From Fidelibacterota bacterium (GTDB taxonomy: Bacteria; Fidelibacterota; Marinisomatia; Marinisomatales; TCS56): 61,913 bases of DNA. The stretch is from contig JBDRBK010000041.1 of NCBI GenBank assembly GCA_043822705.1, positions 1 to 61,913 on the forward strand. The letters run 5' to 3'. The notes under the pieces were generated by a model, which saw only the letters and a program-made list of their open reading frames with translations, was not told the origin of the DNA and searched no databases. The position numbers and the translations under genes are program-made. Shown here one piece after another: positions 43,254 to 52,340 of the stretch. How positions within the stretch are numbered: position 1 is the stretch's first letter; each line of letters starts with the position of its first letter.

Positions 43254-44257
43254 ACTTTCAAACTCACTGGTTGATTAGTTTTCAGAGATTGTTGGGCTGC
43301 TACCGCGACCTGCACGGCCTTTAAAGCACCATGACCATCCACGGCTGGTCGGACCCCGGTTTCCAGACAATTGATAAAGCCATTTAATTCCGCAATATAA
43401 GCTTCTTTGTAGCGCTCGATGAAGGAATAGAATGGTTGATCCATGAAAACGCCGGATTTATTGCTTAATACGACGGCTGTCGGCTTGAGATTCTGCGCTC
43501 GAATACTGCCCTTCGAACCGAATACTTCCACCTGCTGGTCATAGCCATAATTAGTCTCCCGGCAGACATTGATGATACCAATCGCCCCGCCGGACAGCTT
43601 AAGCGTCAGCAGGGCCGTATCGATATCGCCCAACTCCCCGATTCCGGGATCGACCAGATTGGCTCCCCGAACATAGATTTCCTCTACATCACTGCCGGTC
43701 AGGAATCTGATCATGTCAAAATCATGAATACAAAAATCCATGAACAGGCCCCCCGAGCCGGGGATAAATTCCAATGCCGGTCGTCTCGGATCGCGATTGG
43801 TCATATTGATAATCTGCGGTTGCCCGATCAAACCCGACTCCACCGCTTGACGAACCTTTAAAAAATCCGGATCAAAGCGTCGATTAAAGCCAACCTGCAG
43901 GGCAACTCCGGCTTTTTCGACGGCGTCAATCGCCCGGCGGATCGAAGCAGGATCAAAAGCGATCGGTTTCTCACAGAATATATGCTTCCCTGATTCAGCC
44001 ATTGCCTCAATCATCGCTACATGCGTATTGGATGGTGTCGTGATGACTACCGCATCGATTTCCGGATCAGCAGTTATCGCCGTGATTTCCTGCGATCTGA
44101 CGGGAATGCCAACCTTTTCGGCCCAAGCAAAATCCAATTTGAGATCGACGACTGCCTTCAGCTCAACCTGAGGAAAGTTCGCCAGAATATTTTCAGCATG
44201 CATTTTGCCGATGCGGCCGGCACCGATCAAACCAAGGGTCAGTTTATTTCTATTCAT
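43250..44257 (-). CDS. iolG: Inositol 2-dehydrogenase (Gfo/Idh/MocA), copy 1
   Basis: GAGRIG, CEKP, GFNRRFDP, RDP, SGGLFMDFCIHDFD, YGYDQQVE. Confidence 0.85.
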   Translation of the reverse strand: MNRNKLTLGLIGAGRIGKMHAENILANFPQVELKAVVDLKLDFAWAEKVGIPVRSQEITAITADPEIDAVVITTPSNTHVAMIEAMAESGKHIFCEKPIAFDPASIRRAIDAVEKAGVALQVGFNRRFDPDFLKVRQAVESGLIGQPQIINMTNRDPRRPALEFIPGSGGLFMDFCIHDFDMIRFLTGSDVEEIYVRGANLVDPGIGELGDIDTALLTLKLSGGAIGIINVCRETNYGYDQQVEVFGSKGSIRAQNLKPTAVVLSNKSGVFMDQPFYSFIERYKEAYIAELNGFINCLETGVRPAVDGHGALKAVQVAVAAQQSLKTNQPVSLKV

Positions 44258-44271
44258 TTCATGATTACCAA

Positions 44272-45237
44272 TCAGTTCTTTGTTAATGATTCAGCCGTTA
44301 TCAACTCAATTTTTACCGGTATTTCAGCCGGGATGCTTTGTCCCTGTACTAACGCCCAGGCTTTTTCCAGGGCAACTTTCCCCATTTCGTAGGGGTGCTG
44401 GGCGATCGATGCCGACATCCGGCCTTCGGCGATGGCCCGGCGGCTATCAGTTATCGCGTCAAACCCTACGACTGTTATTTCACCTGTTTTGCCCAGGGCC
44501 GCAATCGCCTCCACCGCGCCCAGAGCCATCATATCGTTACAGGCAAACAGCGCCTGAATATCAGGATTAGACTGCAAAATATTCTGGAATACATTATAAC
44601 CTTGGTCGCGCTCCCAGTTAGCGGTCTGCGATGCGATCAGCCTGATCCCGGATTGACCGGCGAGCGCTTCATGAAAGCCTTTTAGCCGGGCATCACCGGT
44701 TTCATGCCCGGGAATTCCCTCCAGTACCGCAACTTTGCCGGTACCGCCCAGTTGCCGGATTATATACTGACCGGCGATCCGGCCACCATCGACATTATCG
44801 GACCCGATGAAACCGGCAATTTTGCCGCCGGATTCTATCAGGGCTTCCTCATCCACCCTGGTATCGACGATGATCACCGGGATATTGGCCTGATTGGCTT
44901 TAACGATCGCCGGAATAATCTCTTTGGAGCCGCTGGGCGTCACACAGATTACAGCAACTTTCCGCTGGATCAGATTCTCGATGATCTGCATCTGCTTTTC
45001 AACGTCGACTTCCCGTTCGGCAGCCTGGACCAGCAGATTGATTCCGTAGTTATCGGCAGCTTCTTTTGCCCCTCGTTGCATATCGATGAAAAACGGATTG
45101 TTCAGCGTTTTCATTACAAAGGCCACCGTCGGACCGGTCCCCACGGACCGGTTCCCCCGCTGACAGCCCAAGCTGATTAGTGTAGCCAACCCAAGGCTGA
45201 TTAGAAACACCAATATTTTAATAATTCTATCCGTCAT
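44272..45237 (-). CDS. Sugar ABC transporter substrate-binding lipoprotein (RbsB-like; probable inositol)
   Basis: Lipobox SLGC, KTLNNPFF, GSDN, ANW.R, CNDMMALGA, VGFD. Confidence 0.9.
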   Translation of the reverse strand: MTDRIIKILVFLISLGLATLISLGCQRGNRSVGTGPTVAFVMKTLNNPFFIDMQRGAKEAADNYGINLLVQAAEREVDVEKQMQIIENLIQRKVAVICVTPSGSKEIIPAIVKANQANIPVIIVDTRVDEEALIESGGKIAGFIGSDNVDGGRIAGQYIIRQLGGTGKVAVLEGIPGHETGDARLKGFHEALAGQSGIRLIASQTANWERDQGYNVFQNILQSNPDIQALFACNDMMALGAVEAIAALGKTGEITVVGFDAITDSRRAIAEGRMSASIAQHPYEMGKVALEKAWALVQGQSIPAEIPVKIELITAESLTKN

Positions 45238-46181
45238 TTTTTTCTCCTTTTCAGGGTCATATCCACCAGGACGGCAATAATAATCACCGAACCAATGATG
45301 GTCTGCTGTAAAAATGATGACACCCCCAAAAGATTCAGGCCGTTGCGCAATACGCCCATTATCAGCGCACCGATCAGGGTCCCCATTACCCGGCCCTCAC
45401 CGCCCATCAGACTGGTTCCGCCGATGACGGTGGCAGCGATTGCATCCAGTTCATACATGATACCGGCAATCGGCTGGGCTGAATTCAACCGGGCCGTGAG
45501 AATCACCGCCGCCAACCCGCTGAGCAGTCCACAGATCGCATAGACCGTTATTTTGTATGCCGCCACATTGATTCCCGACAGGCGGGCGGCTTCCTCATTA
45601 CCACCAATAGCATAAGTATAGCGACCAAGCCTGGTTTTTGTCAAAATGAAATGAGCGATCAAATACACCAGTATCATGATAATTATCGATGCCGGTATTG
45701 AAAATATCTCCCCGTTAGCCAGGAAACGGAACTCGGTCGAAAATCCCGAAATCGGACGGCCATTGGTGTACATCAGGGCCGCGCCGCGGGCCACGCTCAT
45801 CATGCCCAGGGTCGATATAAACGGCGGCAGTTTCCCGTAGGCAATCAACACACCATTAACAGTGCCGCAGACCAGGCCGACCAGCAGTCCGGCACTGATG
45901 GCCAGCGGAATGGAGAATCCGGCGTTCAGAACGCTTGCCAGCACTACACCGGAGAAGGCCAGAATCGATCCCACCGATAAATCGATCCCGGCGGTAATGA
46001 TCACGAAGGTCAGGCCGACGGCGATAATCGCATTGATGGCGGTCTGCTGGGCTACATTCAGCAGGTTGGAAACGGTGAGAAAATGCGGCGTTAAAAGCCA
46101 GAACAGCAGGATCAGAATCAACAGACCAAGCAAGGTCCCCAACTGACGACTTGGGTGCGCCACCAGTGCTTTAAGCTTCAC
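45234..46181 (-). CDS. Sugar ABC transporter permease (RbsC-like)
   Basis: GIDLSVGS, PPFISTLG, GGNEEAARLSG, YELDAIAATVIGGTSLMGG. Start reassigned to GTG 46181. Confidence 0.92.
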   Translation of the reverse strand: MKLKALVAHPSRQLGTLLGLLILILLFWLLTPHFLTVSNLLNVAQQTAINAIIAVGLTFVIITAGIDLSVGSILAFSGVVLASVLNAGFSIPLAISAGLLVGLVCGTVNGVLIAYGKLPPFISTLGMMSVARGAALMYTNGRPISGFSTEFRFLANGEIFSIPASIIIMILVYLIAHFILTKTRLGRYTYAIGGNEEAARLSGINVAAYKITVYAICGLLSGLAAVILTARLNSAQPIAGIMYELDAIAATVIGGTSLMGGEGRVMGTLIGALIMGVLRNGLNLLGVSSFLQQTIIGSVIIIAVLVDMTLKRRKK

Positions 46182-47688
46182 CGGCACCCCCCAGAGCGCA
46201 GGACAGGATTCTTTCCTGGTCGAACTCATGGCGGTTGAACTGCCCGGCCAGTGTTCCATTATGCAGGACCAGAATGCGATCGCAGATTGAAAACAACTCC
46301 GGTAAATCGGATGAGATGACGATAATCGCCACTCCCCGGGCGGTAAGTTCATTCATCAACCGGTAGAATTCCTGCTTGGTACCTACATCAATTCCCCGGG
46401 TCGGCTCATCAAAAATGAAAATGTCGGCCTGACTGCACAACCACTTGCTCAGCACGACTTTCTGCTGGTTGCCGCCACTCAAATTGAACACCAACTGCTC
46501 CAGGCCGGCCAATCTGATATTGAGCTCACGACAGTGTTGATCGGCAGCAATTTCCTCCCTTTTATTATCAATGACTCCCCAGTTGGCAAAACGCTTCAAA
46601 TTCGGCAACGTGATATTTTCTTTGACCGACATGGTCATAACCAGGCCCTGGGACTTACGATCCTCGGTCAAAAACCCGATCCCGTTATTAATGGCCGCCC
46701 GCGGTGACTTCAAGTGACAGTCACGGCCGTGAATAAAGACAGCCCCGGAATCGATTGAATCCACGCCAAACAGCGCCCGCGCCAATTCCGTGCGACCGGC
46801 CCCTAACAGTCCGGAAATGCCGATCAACTCACCTTGTCGCAATGAAAAACTGATCTGGTTCAAAACAGGCGACCGGGTCAGGTTCTCGACCCGTAGTACT
46901 TCCCGGCCCAGGGTTGGCTGTTCACGAATAAATAATTCATCTAATTCACGATTTACCATCATCCGGATCAACTCTTCCCGGCTGGTATCACCGATCAACC
47001 TGGTCCCGACACCTTGCCCGTCCCGCAGGACGGTAACCTCATCGCCGATTTCAAATAACTCGTCCATCCGGTGCGAAATATAGATAATCGAAACGCCGCT
47101 CTGTTTCAGGCGCATAATTGCTGCGAATAATTCCTTGATTTCGGATTCGGTCAGCGCCGAAGTAGGTTCGTCCATGATTAAAATACTGGCCTGCAGCACT
47201 AATGCTTTGGCCACTTCCACCATCTGTTGCTGAGCAATCCCCAGTTCCTTAACCGGACAATCGGGATCGATATCCACGCCCAGTTCACCTAAAACTTTTT
47301 TCGACCAGGTTTTCATTAATTGGTCGTTTATCATAATCCGCTGTTTGACCGGTTCGCGCCCCAGATAGATATTTTCCGCCACGGATAAATTGCCGATCAG
47401 ATTTAATTCCTGATAAATTATGCCGATCCCTGCTTCCGTCGCCTGGCGCGGATTGCGAATCACTACCGGCTGACCGTTTATAAAAATCCGGCCCGCGGTC
47501 AGTTGGTGGGCACCGGATAAAATTTTGACCAGGGTCGATTTCCCGGCGCCATTTTCACCCAATAAAATGTGTACCGTACCCTTTTTCAGCCGGAAATCGA
47601 CCTTATCCAGTGCGCGAACGCCAGGAAAAGTTTTGCTGATTCCCTCCATATTAAGGACAGTATTCATAGCTATCGGGTTAGCGATCAT
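46171..47688 (-). CDS. Sugar ABC transporter ATP-binding protein (RbsA-like, two ABC domains)
   Basis: GENGAGKST, DEPT, LSGGNQQK, DEPTRGIDVG. Confidence 0.95.
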   Translation of the reverse strand: MIANPIAMNTVLNMEGISKTFPGVRALDKVDFRLKKGTVHILLGENGAGKSTLVKILSGAHQLTAGRIFINGQPVVIRNPRQATEAGIGIIYQELNLIGNLSVAENIYLGREPVKQRIMINDQLMKTWSKKVLGELGVDIDPDCPVKELGIAQQQMVEVAKALVLQASILIMDEPTSALTESEIKELFAAIMRLKQSGVSIIYISHRMDELFEIGDEVTVLRDGQGVGTRLIGDTSREELIRMMVNRELDELFIREQPTLGREVLRVENLTRSPVLNQISFSLRQGELIGISGLLGAGRTELARALFGVDSIDSGAVFIHGRDCHLKSPRAAINNGIGFLTEDRKSQGLVMTMSVKENITLPNLKRFANWGVIDNKREEIAADQHCRELNIRLAGLEQLVFNLSGGNQQKVVLSKWLCSQADIFIFDEPTRGIDVGTKQEFYRLMNELTARGVAIIVISSDLPELFSICDRILVLHNGTLAGQFNRHEFDQERILSCALGGAGEA

Positions 47689-47735
47689 CCTGACCGGAGT
47701 AGTCTATCCGACATCGGGAAAATGGATCAGACCGC

Positions 47736-48536
47736 TTAGATTAAATTCCGCATATAGGCAACGGTGCGTTGGGCGGCCAGATCGGGGTCGGGCTGGGGCA
47801 GGATTTCCGCTGAAACAAAGCCCTGGTAATCGACTTGATTCAGTGTATCAATTATCCGTGGAAAATTTAGATGGCCCGCACCGGGATACCAGCGGTTGGA
47901 ATCGGCGATATGAAAATGGTACAGTCGCTCTTTGGCCAGCCGGATGCTCTCATAGATGGAGGGTTCCTCAATATTCATATGGAATGTATCCAGTAGTAGT
48001 CCCACATTGGGAAATTCAACTTTTTCCATCAGATCCAGGCCTTCCCGCACGGTACATACCAGGTCGCATTCATAACGATTGATCGGTTCAATGATCAATT
48101 TGACATTTTCATTCTCACGGGCACATTCCCGCAAGGCTTCCACCAGCCAGTCATCGGCTTGTCGAATGGAAATAGCCTGCCCTCGGAACCCGCGGATAAG
48201 ACCGATAATAACCATCGCACCCAGTTCTTGCGCCAGTTGCATCTGGGCCTTGATCCGCTCGATTGCCTGCCGCCTAATGTCCCGGTCAGAGTTCACAAAC
48301 GATAGGCCCTCTTCACCAAAAGCCTGACCTGTACCAATAGCGGGCACCGTTAAATCCAGCTCAGAAAGCAGCGCTTTGATTTCGGTCGCATTGACCAATT
48401 GAGGATCACGAATGGCCAATTCGATTCCATCAAATCCCAATTCGCTGACTTTAACTGCATTTTCCGCCAATTGTCCCTTGTAAGCCAGAGCGGAAAATTT
48501 CGCCGCCTGAGTAGATAAAACGATGCCCAGCTTCAT
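47736..48536 (-). CDS. iolO: 5-keto-L-gluconate epimerase (TIM-barrel AP-endonuclease-2 family)
   Basis: IGTGQAF.EEGLS, IGLIRG, EPINRYE, DTFHMNIEE, HIADSNR..PG.GH. Adjacent to iolN/iolM. Start at ATG 48536. Confidence 0.85.
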   Translation of the reverse strand: MKLGIVLSTQAAKFSALAYKGQLAENAVKVSELGFDGIELAIRDPQLVNATEIKALLSELDLTVPAIGTGQAFGEEGLSFVNSDRDIRRQAIERIKAQMQLAQELGAMVIIGLIRGFRGQAISIRQADDWLVEALRECARENENVKLIIEPINRYECDLVCTVREGLDLMEKVEFPNVGLLLDTFHMNIEEPSIYESIRLAKERLYHFHIADSNRWYPGAGHLNFPRIIDTLNQVDYQGFVSAEILPQPDPDLAAQRTVAYMRNLI

Positions 48537-48541
48537 ACCAG

Positions 48542-49636
48542 CTACAACCCCATTTTCTGGATTGCGTAAATCGGACGCCAACCTTCGGTGAATGGTTCCT
48601 TTAAATAGGGTTCCATCTCTTCAGCCGTGCGCATGGTGGTCTTTTCGATCGGCGGCAGTTTTCCCGGAGGAAACGCTTCACGAATCTCATCATGAACCAG
48701 CGTCAGATAGGATAGGATCGCCGCAATTGTGCGCTTGGCCTTGGGTGCCGTGGCAATGTTCGGTTTGCCGACTACTCCTTCGGGAATCGAGCCCAGCTCA
48801 ATCGGGAAATGTCCCTGGCCCTCCGACCATTTACTGGGGCGGGAAAACGGATCGACCGCTTTGTCAAAGTGACCATCAGGCAGAAAGCCCTTTACTTCGG
48901 TTTCTTCAGCCAGCGCCATATCGACATATTCCGGCGCCAGCAACAGCATCACCGATGTTTCCGCCTCGTCGGCATGGACAAAATCGGTGTCCCAGTCGCC
49001 GCCGCGAGCCTTGGTGCGGAAGAATTCACGCACGGCCCGGTGCCAGTCGATGACCCGGAAGATTCCCGGCAAATTCCAGGTTTTCTGCAATTCCTGGATA
49101 GCCGCTTCCAGCAGCCACTGGTGCCCGTGGTTATTGATCAGGATCATCTTGCGAAAGCCGTCATTCCACAAACCCACCATAACGTCGATCAATACGCGCT
49201 TCAACACTTCATCTTCCAGGTGGATCGTTCCCGGCATGCCGATATGGTGATGCGGATGCCCGCCATAGTTCAGTGGCGTCCAGACCAGGTTCACAGGATC
49301 GCCCGTTTTAGCCGTATAACGGCGTACGCCTTCCAGTATCTGGGTGACCATGAAGGTATCCAGGGCGGTCACCGTATGGCGACCGTGCAATTCGGTACAA
49401 CCGATCGGAATAAAAACAATATCGTTTTTGCGCCGATTTTCGACAACCTGGTGGCGAATCGTGTTCTGAACATAGACACCGGGTTTTCCCAGTTCGGAGG
49501 GTGTCGGTATGCCGTAATCCGCCAGGACCCGGTCAATCTCCGCTTCCGAAGCATCCCAGATCTTCTTTTTCAAGCGACCGACCGACGTGTCTTCAAAGCG
49601 CAGGTCCGGACGGTCTGTTTCAATCCAATTTGTCAT
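48542..49636 (-). CDS. iolN: 3-dehydro-scyllo-inosose hydrolase (creatininase family)
   Basis: PIGCTE.HG.H, D, NNHGH, HADEAETS metal ligands; lies between iolM and iolO. Confidence 0.85.
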   Translation of the reverse strand: MTNWIETDRPDLRFEDTSVGRLKKKIWDASEAEIDRVLADYGIPTPSELGKPGVYVQNTIRHQVVENRRKNDIVFIPIGCTELHGRHTVTALDTFMVTQILEGVRRYTAKTGDPVNLVWTPLNYGGHPHHHIGMPGTIHLEDEVLKRVLIDVMVGLWNDGFRKMILINNHGHQWLLEAAIQELQKTWNLPGIFRVIDWHRAVREFFRTKARGGDWDTDFVHADEAETSVMLLLAPEYVDMALAEETEVKGFLPDGHFDKAVDPFSRPSKWSEGQGHFPIELGSIPEGVVGKPNIATAPKAKRTIAAILSYLTLVHDEIREAFPPGKLPPIEKTTMRTAEEMEPYLKEPFTEGWRPIYAIQKMGL

Positions 49637-49644
49637 TTTTTATC

Positions 49645-50832
49645 CTATTCGAAATCGGTGATCGTTATTTTTACTTCGTTACGGTCCTTCTGCAGTGTTA
49701 CCAGATTATCCTGGACTTCGTCAAGTTTGATCCGCTTGGTGACCATTGGTGAGACGTCCATGCCGGTAGCCATGCAGTTGATTACGTTGGGGAAAGTGCC
49801 ATGGCCGGAATGCCCCTGCGAACCGACGACGCTGGCGCGCCGCACCTGTAAGACTTCACCATTCAGCGGAATGCGGTCATCGGCACGGGCCACGACCACT
49901 ACCGTAGTATTCAGGGCTTTGCCTTCCCAGATGATTTTCTCGACGTCGGGCCAGACGATACCCGGTAAACCGGTCGCTTCCAGGATTATTCCGGCACCAT
50001 GGCCATTGGTTATATCAAGGACCGCTTCGGCGGCATTCACATCCATGGGATTAATCGCATGCGTTGCTCCCATTGACAGTGCCATTTCCCGCCGCGAGGC
50101 TGACGGTTCGGATAGTATGACAGCCGCTGCTCCCTGCCGCCTTAATATTGCGCAGGCCGCGGCGCCAATCGGTCCGCCGCCCAGAATGACCACATTTTCT
50201 CCGGGACGAATACCGCCACCCCGCTCGATGACGGCATTGTAAGCCACCGATGTGGGCTCGACCAGACTGCCCAGTTCAAACATTTTCTTTTTACCATACA
50301 AGCCTTCCAAATGATCGATATTCCACAGATAGCGCGCATCGACCTTGATATATTTGGCGTAGGCGCCGTCGGTCGAAAAGCCCAGCTCTTCCAGGCGTTC
50401 GCAGTGATTGGGAAAACCATCGGCACAGGGCCGGCAGGTGGAACACCAGATCATTTCCTCGGCACAGACTGCTTCGCCGCCACGGTACGGTTGCCCGGTA
50501 CCTTTATTGAAGGCCGCTTTCCCAGCCTCGACGACTACGCCGGAGAACTCATGCCCCAGGGTTGCCGGGAAGGCGGTCAGTCCGGGATAAAATATGTATC
50601 CGGCCTGATCGCTTTGCAGCATATGCACATCGCTACCACAAATACCACAAGCTTTGACCTCAATCAGGACTTCCGTCGGGCCCGGTACCGGCGTTTGTTT
50701 TTCGACAATTTCAATTCGAGGATTGCGCCATACTTTACTGCCCAGATAAGTCAGCTTTCCCTCAATATCCTTTGATCCCAGCTTAAAATCCGGCTTGGGA
50801 CTCCAGTCAGCATTTAATACAACGGCTCTCAT
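49645..50832 (-). CDS. iolM: scyllo-inosose 3-dehydrogenase (Zn-dependent MDR)
   Basis: CGICGSD, GHE, CxxCxxC-x7-C structural Zn, GGGPIG, GSQGHSGHG. Confidence 0.88.
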   Translation of the reverse strand: MRAVVLNADWSPKPDFKLGSKDIEGKLTYLGSKVWRNPRIEIVEKQTPVPGPTEVLIEVKACGICGSDVHMLQSDQAGYIFYPGLTAFPATLGHEFSGVVVEAGKAAFNKGTGQPYRGGEAVCAEEMIWCSTCRPCADGFPNHCERLEELGFSTDGAYAKYIKVDARYLWNIDHLEGLYGKKKMFELGSLVEPTSVAYNAVIERGGGIRPGENVVILGGGPIGAAACAILRRQGAAAVILSEPSASRREMALSMGATHAINPMDVNAAEAVLDITNGHGAGIILEATGLPGIVWPDVEKIIWEGKALNTTVVVVARADDRIPLNGEVLQVRRASVVGSQGHSGHGTFPNVINCMATGMDVSPMVTKRIKLDEVQDNLVTLQKDRNEVKITITDFE

Positions 50833-50857
50833 TTCGACTTCCTTTTTTGGTTGGTTT

Positions 50858-51940
50858 TCATATAGATCTTACTGATGAACGTTCCACCAGATATGATTTC
50901 AAGACAATTCTCTGCGGCTCGGATAGATCACCGTTAATCCGCGACATTATCAATTTCAGGCTTTCCTGGCCCATTTCATAAATCGGCTGATGAATGGTAG
51001 TCAATGCTACCGTGGTGAAATTCAGATCGTCATAGCCAACGACTGAGATATCCTCAGGAATGGAAATCCCCAGTTTTTTCGCCACGGCAAAAAACACCAG
51101 CGCAATTCGATCATGGCCGGCAAAAACCGCTGTAACATTTAAATCTGACTTGAATATCTTCTCGGCAATCTGAATATAGCGTCCTTCGGCAAATGGTCCG
51201 GAATGGGCAAAGATCAGCTTCTCATCGACTGGTAGGCCATGATCACGGAAAGCCCTTCGATAACCTTCCAGGCGATCGCATTCGGTACTGATCAAAGTAC
51301 TGAGCGTAATAGCAATCCGGCGGTGCCCGCGCTTTATTAAATACTCCGTCATTTCATAGGCGCCCGTGATATTATCGGCCGTCACATAGTCCCAATCATT
51401 CGATGGCAAGGTTCTATCGACCAGCACCACCGGAATATTATTGCGCTGAAATTTGTCCAGTATTTTTTGATTTTGCTCGTCACTCACGGCGGTTGGCACA
51501 AAGATGACGCCGCCCACTGAATTCTCAATCATACGGTCGGCATGAAAATCGGCCCGGACAAATAAATCATCGGTGTCACAAAGGATTAAACTGTGTTTGC
51601 TTTTAGCGGCTTCATCCTGAACGCCGCGCGCCAGCACCGGGGCATAACCACGGCGAATATCAGGAATCAATAATCCGATTATGGTATTGTTTCTGGCCGT
51701 CGCAACTTTTTCCAGAACAAAAGTTCCCAGCCGACGCTTGCGAACCAGCAGTCCCATATTGACAAGATTCTGGATGGCCTGGCGGATCGTCGCCCGTGCT
51801 AATCCGGTGACTCGACTTAGCTCCTCCTCTGTCGGAACGCGATCACCAGGTTTGAAGACGCCCTGCTCGATCTGTTCACGCAACCAGTTCTGAAGCTGAA
51901 AATAATTTGGTATTGGACTGTTTCTATCTATGATCATCAC
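50858..51940 (-). CDS. GntR wHTH + LacI-type effector domain regulator (AraR architecture), probable inositol regulator
   Basis: PNYFQL...PGDRVPTEEEL...RATIRQAI..L...G.L.R...LGTFV, then a periplasmic-binding-fold domain ending LVERSS. Confidence 0.9.
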   Translation of the reverse strand: MMIIDRNSPIPNYFQLQNWLREQIEQGVFKPGDRVPTEEELSRVTGLARATIRQAIQNLVNMGLLVRKRRLGTFVLEKVATARNNTIIGLLIPDIRRGYAPVLARGVQDEAAKSKHSLILCDTDDLFVRADFHADRMIENSVGGVIFVPTAVSDEQNQKILDKFQRNNIPVVLVDRTLPSNDWDYVTADNITGAYEMTEYLIKRGHRRIAITLSTLISTECDRLEGYRRAFRDHGLPVDEKLIFAHSGPFAEGRYIQIAEKIFKSDLNVTAVFAGHDRIALVFFAVAKKLGISIPEDISVVGYDDLNFTTVALTTIHQPIYEMGQESLKLIMSRINGDLSEPQRIVLKSYLVERSSVRSI

Positions 51941-51985
51941 TTAAACTCGGACTCGGTTGTCCTCTTTTTTTTACTTTTATGGCTA

Positions 51986-51999
51986 ATTGTCTATACAAT
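51986..51999. promoter_or_regulatory. GntR-type operator 1
   Basis: ATTGTCTATACAAT near-palindrome immediately downstream of the minus-strand -10. Confidence 0.75.
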
Positions 52000-52027
52000 A
52001 GTATAACAAAACAGGGATATGAGTCAC
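52000..52027 (-). promoter_or_regulatory. Promoter of the inositol operon
   Basis: Minus strand GTGACT, 16-nt spacer, TATACT with extended TGn. Confidence 0.55.
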
Positions 52028-52264
52028 GCATTATTTTTCTTCTAGTCATAGGCCATTCTCAATAATACATATCGTCTTTTTCATTAACCAAACAAATGCC
52101 GATCAATATTTACTTCTATTCCCAAAGATATTAATTCTCTGCCCCTGCATATTGAATTCCCCTGGGAAATCCTACACTCAATTTACCGGTTTGTCCGGAA
52201 TTTATGAAATTCCACCACTGCTCAAACCTTAATGAGATTCGGAAATAAACGATAAAAATATCTC

Positions 52265-52293
52265 TTGATACTTTTATTGTTTATTACTATAAT
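52265..52293 (+). promoter_or_regulatory. Sigma70 promoter of TBDR-phytase
   Basis: TTGATA, 17-nt spacer, TATAAT. Confidence 0.75.
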
Positions 52294-52305
52294 GTATAGA
52301 CAAAT
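52291..52305. promoter_or_regulatory. GntR-type operator 2
   Basis: AATGTATAGACAAAT shares the TGTATAGACAA core with operator 1 (inverted) and overlaps the -10 element. Confidence 0.75.
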
Positions 52306-52340
52306 AGTCAATTATCAAACAAATCACAGGGTATCACAAA

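Noticed and set aside
35112..50242. Long plus-strand ORFs (326, 347 and 477 aa)
   Set aside because: These are antisense shadows of GC-rich genes with clear minus-strand products.
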